Origin: a virus
Strand: one strand, 5' to 3'
DNA: 64,000 nucleotides
IMG/VR virus record: IMGVR_UViG_3300010222_000002
Location: 1-64,000 of that record
The position numbers and the translations under genes were made by a program. Under the pieces are notes generated by a model that was not told the DNA's origin, did no database searches, and saw only the letters and a program-made list of their open reading frames with translations. Positions 17,945 to 24,976 of this stretch are shown here, one piece after another (the first letter of the stretch is position 1; each line of letters starts with the position of its first letter).

Positions 17945-17985
17945 GGGAATGACGGAATTGAACCGCCACTACGGGCCACCTTCCC
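17945..17985 (-). ncRNA. tRNA-like minihelix (acceptor-like stem + T-arm)
   Basis: The minus strand reads GGGAA-GGTGGCCCGTAGT-GGCGG-TTCAATT-CCGTC-A-TTCCC. This is the same architecture as the elements at 29196-29234 and 32092-32130. No cloverleaf can be drawn. Confidence 0.4.
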
Positions 17986-18099
17986 GAAGCCGAAGATCCA
18001 CTTACTTTACGCGGGCGCGACCGTTAGTGGAAGTCTTGGCAAATTAAACCCCGGTAGGTTGATCGGGGGCCAAGACCGTTCGTCATCAGAGTCCACGAT

Positions 18100-18198
18100 C
18101 TACCTCCAGTTGGTCATCGAGAAGGGGTAGGGTTGGTTCTGCTCGTGGCATCGACAGGAACAGTGTTCACCGCAGGGTCTACAGCGACAGTTAGTCAT
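18100..18198 (-). CDS. possible Cys-rich micropeptide (32 aa)
   Basis: Hand-translated MTNCRCRPCGEHCSCRCHEQNQPYPFSMTNWR. Its ATG overlaps the end of the upstream gene. It may be fortuitous. Confidence 0.2.
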   Translation of the reverse strand: MTNCRCRPCGEHCSCRCHEQNQPYPFSMTNWR

Positions 18199-18715
18199 CT
18201 TCCTCTTCTTCAGCTTCTCCATCATCAGATGTGAACGTCTTTTCTTTGACGCTCACCGATCCGCTTTCGTCGGCATCAGAGTCGGAACCAGAGTCAGAAT
18301 CATCATCTTGGGCCTGCATCCAGCTTACAGTGAGGTTTCCACCTACCACCGAAACCGGAACAGTTTTGCCTTCAATTTCTTCTATTTCGTCCATCCCGAT
18401 CTGGAAAAGATCGAGCATGTGAGTGAAGTGTGACGCCGGGTCGTCCCGACCCTCTGGTAGATCGAAGACCAGTCGTTGCTGGTTGTCGAACGGAACTCCT
18501 TTGACCGGAATAATGATCCGGGGATCGTTGAAGAATTCGCCAGCGTTGTCAACGATGTCAGGCTCACCGAGTGTTGCGGTCAGGTCGGTTTCCTGTAGCG
18601 CCTCGACTTCGGAGATAGCAGTCCGAACGGCTTCCGCACCGTTCGGGACTTCTGGTTCGTTTGTATTATTGAATGGGTTGATACGACTAATCACAGTTAG
18701 GATGTTGAGTGTCAT
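18191..18715 (-). CDS. hypothetical acidic protein (174 aa)
   Basis: Track ORF trimmed to MTLNILTVISRINPF... (ATG 18713-18715), preceded by GGAGACATAACC-TACCG. The longer track version would read through the tRNA-Gln gene. Confidence 0.6.
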   Translation of the reverse strand: MTLNILTVISRINPFNNTNEPEVPNGAEAVRTAISEVEALQETDLTATLGEPDIVDNAGEFFNDPRIIIPVKGVPFDNQQRLVFDLPEGRDDPASHFTHMLDLFQIGMDEIEEIEGKTVPVSVVGGNLTVSWMQAQDDDSDSGSDSDADESGSVSVKEKTFTSDDGEAEEEEDD

Positions 18716-18787
18716 CGGTAGGTTATGTCTCCGCCGTGGCGTCATTGGGGTGAGAAACCAGCCCGCAACGCCAGCTTGGACTGCCCA

Positions 18788-18860
18788 TAGTCCCGACGAG
18801 ATTCGAACTCGCGTCAGAAGGTTCAAAGCCTCCTATGATTGTCCACTACACTACGGGACT
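18788..18860 (-). tRNA. tRNA-Gln (anticodon UUG)
   Basis: Minus strand AGTCCCG-TA-GTGTAGTGGACAATCAT-A-GGAGG-CTTTGAA-CCTTC-TGAC-GCGAG-TTCGAAT-CTCGT-CGGGACT-A. The cloverleaf was drawn by hand. CCA is not encoded. Confidence 0.85.
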
Positions 18861-19134
18861 ACAGCAAGCCGTGGGTGCCGCTAACCTTCTGGTGGCCTAC
18901 CTCGTTCGCCCGAGGTCCACACTTCAACGGAACAGGCTTGAACTGTCTCGCTGTCGTGCATTACTCTCGTAGGGTTCGGACAAACGGTATTGTAGCGACC
19001 ACGCACCCAGTTCTATGATTTGTCATTCGGGTAATGGGGATTTTTACGTCTCTCGCTGGGCGTTGACCACACCTTCTTCTCAGTCGAGGACGAACGGGAA
19101 GTCCCGAGGGTTTCAGCCAGCGGGCCTTCTCGAA

Positions 19135-19210
19135 GGCCGGGAGCGGGACTTAGCACCCACGTCTCAGGCATCACAAGCCTGCAATCTTATCTATATTAGA
19201 CCATCCCGGA
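19135..19210 (-). tRNA. degenerate tRNA-like gene, His-like (GUG) anticodon loop; possibly a pseudo-tRNA
   Basis: Anticodon arm CAGGC-TTGTGAT-GCCTG and acceptor TCCGGGA/TCCCGGC. However, pair 1:72 is a mismatch, there is an extra nucleotide before the anticodon stem, and the T-loop is non-canonical and 8 nt long (GTGGG-TGCTAAGT-CCCGC). Confidence 0.35.
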
Positions 19211-19212
19211 AG

Positions 19213-19283
19213 TGAGAACGGGTGGATTTGAACCACCGTTCTGGCGTCCCAAACGCCAAATGATACCACTACACTACGTTCCC
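19213..19283 (-). tRNA. tRNA-Pro (anticodon UGG)
   Basis: GGGAACG...TGGCG-TTTGGGA-CGCCA...GGTGG-TTCAAAT-CCACC-CGTTCTC-A on the minus strand. Confidence 0.85.
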
Positions 19284-19501
19284 TCAAGTAATGTCTCCTT
19301 TTCTTTGATATGGGGTATCTCGGAGCAAGGCTCCCCTTCTCGATGGCTGATCCCCTTTATTCCCACACTGGGAGCGACCCAGTGCAGGGAAGGCCGTCAA
19401 GCGCGGCCTTTTCTAACAGCCCTCACTTTTCCTAAAACTGGCATCTCAGCCAGTTTGCCCCATTTCGTCAATGCGGTTGGCTGAATTTGGCTGTCAGTTG
19501 A

Positions 19502-19575
19502 AGCTGGAATCAGGACTCGAACCTGAGACTTCCATCTTACGAAGATGGGCCTCTGCCAAGCTGAGGTATTCCAGC
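19502..19575 (-). tRNA. tRNA-Thr (anticodon CGU)
   Basis: GCTGGAA-TA-CCTCAGCTTGGCAGAGG-C-CCATC-TTCGTAA-GATGG-AAGTC-TCAGG-TTCGAGT-CCTGA-TTCCAGC-T on the minus strand. Confidence 0.9.
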
Positions 19576-19957
19576 AAAACGAGGGTGGGCCTCGCCTAAC
19601 TTCCGGCCCGCAATATGGGCCTCGGTGCCGTCATCCCGAGCGGCACGCCTATCGGTTCGCCCGACAGGATTCTGAGCTACACCAGCCTGAAAACGGGGCG
19701 ACCAGCCCCGTGAATCCCAACCGAAAGTGGGCGGGACACAACCTCCCGAGGTGAAACCCTCGGACCTGACGATACAGCCCACTCTCGGATAAATGTTGAG
19801 AGTGACCGGGAAAAGGCCCCGGCTGTTAGGTCTGTATCGGGTCAGCGGCCCGTAGGGATTCCGACCCCGGAATGGAGATCAGCGAGCGGCGGTAGCCTGT
19901 CTCGCCCATCTCCCTACTACACTTGACAACGCCCATTGTCTTAAAGATGGCGATTTC
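19576..19957. ncRNA. ORF-free, hairpin-dense region upstream of the tRNA cluster (probable tRNA-operon leader or ncRNA)
   Basis: A chain of perfect 5-7 bp stems: GTGCCG/CGGCAC, GGGGC/GCCCC, CCGAGG/CCTCGG, CCGGG/CCCGG, CTCTC/GAGAG, GGAGAT/ATCTCC, GGGTC/GACCC. An AAGACTC motif in minus orientation lies at 19958-19965. Confidence 0.4.
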
Positions 19958-20050
19958 GAGTCTTGTGTTGGCATCCAAGAAATCGTTCCGGTTACTGCTA
20001 TGACAAAGAGTTAAGTGCGACAAAAACAATTCTTACTTGTGAGGAAGAAG

Positions 20051-20638
20051 ATGGCTGAGAGCGACCCGAATACCCGGAAAAAACATAAGAATAAAGAGAA
20101 AACTGTAAAGTGTCCGGTCGAAGGTTGTGAGAAAGAAGTCTTATCACGCGGCCTCCATCTACACGTCAGTAGGTCTTCGGGGGGCGGTCACGGTACCCAA
20201 GGTGAGATACCAGATGATATTGATTTAGAAGACGCAGAAGAAGTTGGAAAACGGGAGGTGGAGATGGAATATCCCGAATCCAGAAGCTCCGAGCAAGTAG
20301 CTCGATTATGTCCATATTGTGAACGCCCGTTCCGTGGTAAGCACGGAGTGATGATCCATCTCGGGCAGACTGCTGGACGGAAAAACCATCCAGAAGATGC
20401 TTCTGAACGCCACGATCTTGATGATTTTGCCATTGTTGAGGTTGACGAGAACGAAAATATTATAGAAATTATTGATGAAGAGTCTTCACTCCCTGCTACT
20501 GAACGGAGACAAGAGGGTGAAGACTCTGGACCTGCATCTCTCGAACGCGAGAAGGTCGAAGAATATATCGACGGTCTTCGTGAGCAGGGTCTTGAGAAAG
20601 AAGCCGAGAAAGCTGAGAAAATGCTACTCGGTGAGTGA
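20051..20638 (+). CDS. C2H2 zinc-finger protein (putative DNA-binding regulator)
   Basis: Two C2H2 units, CPVEGCEKEVLSRGLHLHV and CPYCERPFRGKHGVMIHLGQ. The start is set at ATG 20051; the track start at 20015 is GTG. Confidence 0.55.
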   Translation: MAESDPNTRKKHKNKEKTVKCPVEGCEKEVLSRGLHLHVSRSSGGGHGTQGEIPDDIDLEDAEEVGKREVEMEYPESRSSEQVARLCPYCERPFRGKHGVMIHLGQTAGRKNHPEDASERHDLDDFAIVEVDENENIIEIIDEESSLPATERRQEGEDSGPASLEREKVEEYIDGLREQGLEKEAEKAEKMLLGE

Positions 20639-21178
20639 CCACTCTTCGGCAAAGTATTCCTGAGTGTATTTTGGTTCGTTCCCGACAGTCCGACTGTCGC
20701 GGAGATCGTCTTTGATCCCAACAAGCTCGTAGAAACTTTCTTTTTCGAGATGCTTGCCGTCCTCAATAGCCGGAACTATCTCTGACAGCATCACTTCTGC
20801 TCGAACATATTTACTCACGAGGTAGTCTATCATCGGTTCGAGGAACCGGCGAACATCTTCTGCCCCTTTGATGGTGATTTTGACGTTGCTCGAATCAATA
20901 TTTGCACCGTGAGACTCTTCGAAGATACTGTATTTCACACCCCGCTCTTCGCAGTAGGCCATCATCTTCCCGAGGAGGGGGTCGTCATCTACGGGACGAC
21001 GAATGTTCACCATCGGATGAAGTGTATAGTCTAACCGGTAGTCAGTGTCTTTGACGACTTTCAGGGTGACTGCCCCTATTGCATCGATCACACCGGCCAA
21101 GTGAGCGATCTGCGTGTCTTCCATGACCGATGCTTGAGAATCATTGGCAGTAACTTCTTCGGCTTCCATAGCTACCAA
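20624..21178 (-). CDS. single-motif LAGLIDADG homing endonuclease
   Basis: IAHLAGVIDAIGAV is followed by the usual beta-rich core and a helical tail (KGAEDVRRFLEPMIDYL...KHLEKESFYELVGIKDDL). Confidence 0.65.
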   Translation of the reverse strand: MVAMEAEEVTANDSQASVMEDTQIAHLAGVIDAIGAVTLKVVKDTDYRLDYTLHPMVNIRRPVDDDPLLGKMMAYCEERGVKYSIFEESHGANIDSSNVKITIKGAEDVRRFLEPMIDYLVSKYVRAEVMLSEIVPAIEDGKHLEKESFYELVGIKDDLRDSRTVGNEPKYTQEYFAEEWSLTE

Positions 21179-21179
21179 A

Positions 21180-21604
21180 GACTCTCTTCGCCAGCTTTAA
21201 GTTAATACCGATCTTCTGTTCAGAGAAGTACGCCCCATAACGGAAGCCGCTATCCTTCGGGTAGTGGTGTGCCTGCTGTGTCGTCAGGTCGAGGGACGAT
21301 ACGACGGAACCGGGGGAGAGGTCAATGGCCGTGGGTAAAGACTTGAAACAGAAGTTTTAAGTCAATTCGCGTTGATATACAAGTGAGGACAAGTTCTTTC
21401 TCGGTACATAGATCACTACTTTTAGTTTCTACTTTGACTACAACTCCACACCCTTCTCGATGTTAAACATTCTAATCTAAACGGTAAGATCTACTGTTTA
21501 GCTTCGAGAAGGGCGGAGGTTTTCGACGTTAAAGAGTTTGAGTAGAACTATTTAAGTAGTAATTGTATGTTCCGGGTTTAGCTTGTCTGTTATCTAAACT
21601 ACAA
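21180..21604. promoter_or_regulatory. divergent intergenic control region with inverted CCCTTCTCGA pair
   Basis: CCCTTCTCGA at 21451-21460 (+) and 21504-21513 (-) flanks TAATCTAAACGGTAAG. It shares sequence modules with 40640-40690 and 42765-42860. Confidence 0.5.
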
Positions 21605-22120
21605 ATGGAATATCCAGATGAGAGAGAACCGCCCAATGTAATCACGAGCGACACTGAGAACGCAACAACAATCCAACCCGACGAGGCACCGCCTCATAAG
21701 CAAGCTAAGTTTAGGCGATTTAGAGCATACAATACTGGGACATGGAACGGTCCAAAGCGAGAGAACAAAGAAGTAACGCGGCGTCAAGATAACCTACATC
21801 GATTCGATTCGATTGCATCATCGTTGTCCCTCAAGAGCCATCAGAAGGAGCGTGGTCGGAATATCCTCGATGGGATGAACGTTCGGGAAGTTGGTATCCG
21901 CGTCGATGCGATCATCTTTGCGCTCTGTGTACTGGTCGCTAATGCTGATGTCGAGGACGGGAATCGGTACTGGGTCGAGGACGGGACCCGGTACTGGCCG
22001 CAACCAAGTTCACAGCGAGAAGGGGGTGGGAGGTTCGTCAAGATTGCCGACTCACTTGATCTGGACTGGAAGCGGCAGATGTCGGCCATCAAGAAGATCC
22101 AATCCGAGGTCGATATTTGA
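21605..22120 (+). CDS. hypothetical protein (171 aa); weak resemblance to a TFB/TFIIB cyclin repeat
   Basis: The start is set at ATG 21605 (MEYPDE...). SLSLKSHQKERGRNILDGM...VDAIIFALCVLVAN and RFVKIADSLDLDWKRQMSAIKKI resemble a cyclin-fold repeat. This is tentative. Confidence 0.45.
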   Translation: MEYPDEREPPNVITSDTENATTIQPDEAPPHKQAKFRRFRAYNTGTWNGPKRENKEVTRRQDNLHRFDSIASSLSLKSHQKERGRNILDGMNVREVGIRVDAIIFALCVLVANADVEDGNRYWVEDGTRYWPQPSSQREGGGRFVKIADSLDLDWKRQMSAIKKIQSEVDI

Positions 22121-22599
22121 TGATAACTATTCTCCGTGATACCAGAGAGCAGAAGCCGTGGGAGTTTACCCAACACGATGTCGAGACTCGGGATGTGACT
22201 ATCGCTACTGGGGACTATACTCTCGCTGAATTCTGCGATCACGATGAAGAGAACGACACGTACTATCCCCGCTACGCTTTCGAGAGAAAGAGCGGTGACG
22301 ACTTTATTTCCAGCATCACTCGGGAGATGGACCGATTTCGGCGGGAAATTAAGAGAGCGTCCAACTGGGAATCGCCGTTACAGGTAGTGATCGAGGAACC
22401 GAAGGCCCCGTCTCGATACCAAGATAGCTATTTCTTGGACTTCTACGACGTTGATCGGTCCCAAGTCTTCAGTACGGTAGACACACTGGAGAGCCATTAC
22501 AACGTTTCGTTCAACTTTGCCGGGAATCGTGATCGGGCGCAACGGATGGTTCACGATATGCTTCTGACCCGACTTCGTTCAGACCTTATGTCTGACTGA
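22120..22599 (+). CDS. ERCC4 (XPF/Mus81-type) nuclease domain protein
   Basis: ILRDTREQKPWEF, IATGDYTL and AFERKSGDDFISSI form the ERCC4 signature (D..RE, GDY, ERK..DL). The ATG at 22120 overlaps the upstream TGA. Confidence 0.7.
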   Translation: MITILRDTREQKPWEFTQHDVETRDVTIATGDYTLAEFCDHDEENDTYYPRYAFERKSGDDFISSITREMDRFRREIKRASNWESPLQVVIEEPKAPSRYQDSYFLDFYDVDRSQVFSTVDTLESHYNVSFNFAGNRDRAQRMVHDMLLTRLRSDLMSD

Positions 22600-22621
22600 T
22601 CTTCACTCGGGAGATTTACAA

Positions 22622-23764
22622 TTACCAATTATTTTCGGCTTGTTCTTTCCGTTTATTTGATGCGGATTTTGTGTATCGTTTTGTTGTCTCCAGTTTCTTG
22701 TGACGGAGTTGGACTCGGGCTTCGTTCAGGTCTACTCGGTCTGCCCACATTGTTGCCGCCCCCCTCCTTATCGAGTACCACGTCAGTTGTCTATTTCGTG
22801 GTTTGATGTCGGTCAGATCGAGAAGGGTATCGAGCAGGCTGTTAAGTGACCACGATTCGTAGCCGTTGCCGTATTTTGTTAACCAGATAGATTCACTATC
22901 ATCGTATTTTTCATACCCTCGTCGCTCTTCAAGCCACCGTTCTAATGCTCTAACGGAGCGAGACGAGAGAACGCACTCCCATGTGTCATCGCTTTTTGAT
23001 GCTTCATCCTTCGGGACGACTACCTCTTGGTTATCCAATTGAAGCCAGTGGGTGTTCGCCCGTTTGATCTCGATGGGGCGGAGTCCAAGGTCGATGCTTA
23101 TAGCGATAAGGGAAGGGAATTTCCATGAGTTTGCGTCGGCGAAGTCATCTGGCCCGATGTCAGTTTTCTTTTTCCCCAACCGCTGTGCAAGAGTCGCTTT
23201 GAGTCTGTCTCGTTCGTCGGGGTTGACTGTCCGGTAGCTCTTCATTGACCCGTACTCGATAGCGGCGTTGTAGAGCGAGTTCATCTCGTCGCGCTTGAAG
23301 TAATGCTGTCGCTTGCTCGCTCCTTGCTGTTCGAGTTGGCCGATTTTTGAGTATTCCCAGTCGTACCGTTTGCCACCCGTATCGCTGAACCACCTAAAGA
23401 GCCGTTTGATGGCTTTGATATAGTCGCGCACTTCTCGATCTTTGAGCGTTGTTTCTGATACCAGCTTGTCTATCAGTGATTCGGCATCGCCGGGAGTGAA
23501 CGTTTTCGTAAACTCATCGGCTTGTTGCCATTTCCAGCGATAGGCTTTTTCAATTTTGTAGTGGGTAGTTTTGACTGTACTTTGAGCGTAGCCGTCTCCC
23601 TTGAAGGGATTTTTCCCTTTCTGATGAAGCCAAATGAGGAAGTCCTCTTTGTACCCTTCATATTCGTCAGTGTAGATTGGTGCAAACCGTTCGAGTGCTT
23701 CTCTGTTGTGTTTGCTGACGGGGGGTAATTGAATGGTTGTGTCGTCGGTATCGGTGTCGAACAT
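22622..23764 (-). CDS. int: tyrosine recombinase / integrase
   Basis: Box I is LGLRPIEI. Box II is WYSIRRGAATMW...LRHKKLETTKRYT, which carries the catalytic Tyr. The N-terminal region is SAM-like. The leader ends GGGAAACCACC-ATG. Confidence 0.8.
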   Translation of the reverse strand: MFDTDTDDTTIQLPPVSKHNREALERFAPIYTDEYEGYKEDFLIWLHQKGKNPFKGDGYAQSTVKTTHYKIEKAYRWKWQQADEFTKTFTPGDAESLIDKLVSETTLKDREVRDYIKAIKRLFRWFSDTGGKRYDWEYSKIGQLEQQGASKRQHYFKRDEMNSLYNAAIEYGSMKSYRTVNPDERDRLKATLAQRLGKKKTDIGPDDFADANSWKFPSLIAISIDLGLRPIEIKRANTHWLQLDNQEVVVPKDEASKSDDTWECVLSSRSVRALERWLEERRGYEKYDDSESIWLTKYGNGYESWSLNSLLDTLLDLTDIKPRNRQLTWYSIRRGAATMWADRVDLNEARVQLRHKKLETTKRYTKSASNKRKEQAENNW

Positions 23765-23876
23765 GGTGGTTTCCCACCGAAGCAGTGAACGGTGTAATGT
23801 TACCCAAGACCCTGTGAGTCTTTATTTCGTGGATAGCTGTACCGGAAAATGCGGAAACCGCCGCGTAGCGGCGTTA

Positions 23877-23901
23877 GTGCGCTGGCCGAGATTTGAACTC
23901 G
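23877..23901. repeat. 25-nt direct repeat, copy 1 (tRNA T-arm + 3-prime acceptor sequence on the minus strand)
   Basis: gtgcgctggccgagatttgaactcg is identical to 24043-24067. Here it forms the 3-prime arm of a long imperfect hairpin with 23950-23966 (ctcaaatctcggtggcac). Confidence 0.8.
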
Positions 23902-24042
23902 CCGAGGACGGTCCGGGCGTGCGGCGCTGCGCGCCGTTCCGGGCCTGCGACTCGTCTGCTCAAATCTCGGTGGCACGACATCCTCGCGCGAGAAGTGAGC
24001 GACACGCACAGCGGTCGCTCACGGAAATGCGCTCGGAAGAAG

Positions 24043-24067
24043 GTGCGCTGGCCGAGATTTGAACTCG
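24043..24067. repeat. 25-nt direct repeat, copy 2
   Basis: Identical to 23877-23901. Confidence 0.8.
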
Positions 24068-24089
24068 GGTTAGGACCGTGGCAGGGTCC
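24044..24089 (-). other. tRNA-Gly(GCC)-like 3-prime fragment (anticodon arm to acceptor end); candidate attP core
   Basis: The minus strand reads GGACC-CTGCCAC-GGTCC-TAAC-CCGAG-TTCAAAT-CTCGG-CCAGCGC-A. No matching 5-prime acceptor strand or D-arm lies upstream. It is about 280 nt from the integrase start. Confidence 0.5.
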
Positions 24090-24247
24090 TGTGATACCAC
24101 ACGCCGCTTCGCGGCGTTTTCCGGCAACACTTTCTGGTAAAGATCGTTTCTGACTTCGGTGTTTGGGTAATATTACACGAGTGTAATAAAACCCTCTGTT
24201 AGGTACCACGATGAGGCTGACAAGAGTCTGTGATAACCTTACATCCC

Positions 24248-24490
24248 TTAATCCATTCCGAGTAAGGAGAATCCAACTACGGTCACGATCAGTCCGATCA
24301 GAGTGACCGGAGCTTTCGCTTCGTTGGGTGATTCGGTAGTTTCGTGATCGAACTCTTCGCACTCAACGTCTTCACCTTCGATAGACATATCTACACATTC
24401 TTTATCTGTGTGTTCTGTCGTCGCTGGCATTACAGCTCCGTAACTCAAGAGTAGTAGGCCAACGAACAGCAGAAGAATTGCTCTACCCAT
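24248..24490 (-). CDS. small membrane/secreted protein (80 aa)
   Basis: N-terminal hydrophobic signal-like segment (AILLLFVGLLLLSYGAV), an acidic Cys-containing middle, and a C-terminal TM segment (VTLIGLIVTVVGFSLLG). Confidence 0.55.
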   Translation of the reverse strand: MGRAILLLFVGLLLLSYGAVMPATTEHTDKECVDMSIEGEDVECEEFDHETTESPNEAKAPVTLIGLIVTVVGFSLLGMD

Positions 24491-24581
24491 TTTGTTTCTG
24501 ATGGTTCTTTCTGCTCAAACAAGTTAAAGATTAGGTAGAATTATTCACCTGCCAAACGTTCTATCTCTACGACGATATAAA

Positions 24582-24752
24582 CTATCTTCGTGAGAAGGAG
24601 TCAACAGGGTGTTCGTGGTCTTCCATCTCCTGCACGTTTGAGACGACAAAGCCACAATCACACTCTGCCGGGAAGTATTTCGCTACACCGGGGTCGTTCC
24701 ACGGTGCATCTGAGTCACTGATACTGACGCCGGGTGGTAGATTGTTTCCCAT
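24582..24752 (-). CDS. small hypothetical protein (56 aa), N-terminal paralogue of 24973-25410
   Basis: Hand-translated MGNNLPPGVSISDSDAPWNDPGVAKYF.... It shares the motif (L/Y)PPG-x-S...D-x-x-APWN-x-P with the 145-aa protein upstream. Confidence 0.4.
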   Translation of the reverse strand: MGNNLPPGVSISDSDAPWNDPGVAKYFPAECDCGFVVSNVQEMEDHEHPVDSFSRR

Positions 24753-24757
24753 CTTGC

Positions 24758-24976
24758 TCACCTCTCCCCATTTGTGGGTTTAAACCACGTTGTAGATTCA
24801 ACAGTTAGTACGTTCTCGATAGCCGCGCCACACTCGTTGCAGGCTCGTAGTTCCAACAACCCGTTACCAACCTCGTCAGGTTCGGTTACTGTTGTCACGC
24901 TATCTGCACCACCTAACTGCACAAATTCTGTTTCTGTTCCACAGTTTGGGCAGTGTATCCTGTTAGTTTCACTCAT
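24758..24976 (-). CDS. zinc-ribbon protein (72 aa)
   Basis: Trimmed to MSETNRIHCPNCGTE...ACNECG (ATGA overlap). Confidence 0.5.
   Translation of the reverse strand: MSETNRIHCPNCGTETEFVQLGGADSVTTVTEPDEVGNGLLELRACNECGAAIENVLTVESTTWFKPTNGER

Noticed and set aside
18925-18960. T-arm-like GACAG-TTCAAGC-CTGTT on the minus strand as another tRNA or minihelix.
   Set aside because: No complementary outer stem or acceptor strand could be found on either side. An isolated T-loop look-alike is too weak.
19576-19957. Could the hairpin-dense region be a known structured RNA such as RNase P RNA or SRP (7S) RNA?
   Set aside because: I found none of the universally conserved RNase P blocks (for example GAGGAAAGUCC or ACAGNRA), nor the SRP domain IV motif. 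Only generic GC-rich stems are present.
23877-23990. A full tRNA (class II, with long variable arm) on the minus strand ending at 23877.
   Set aside because: There is no 5-prime acceptor strand complementary to CCAGCGC, no D-arm and no anticodon arm. The segment folds better as one long imperfect hairpin.
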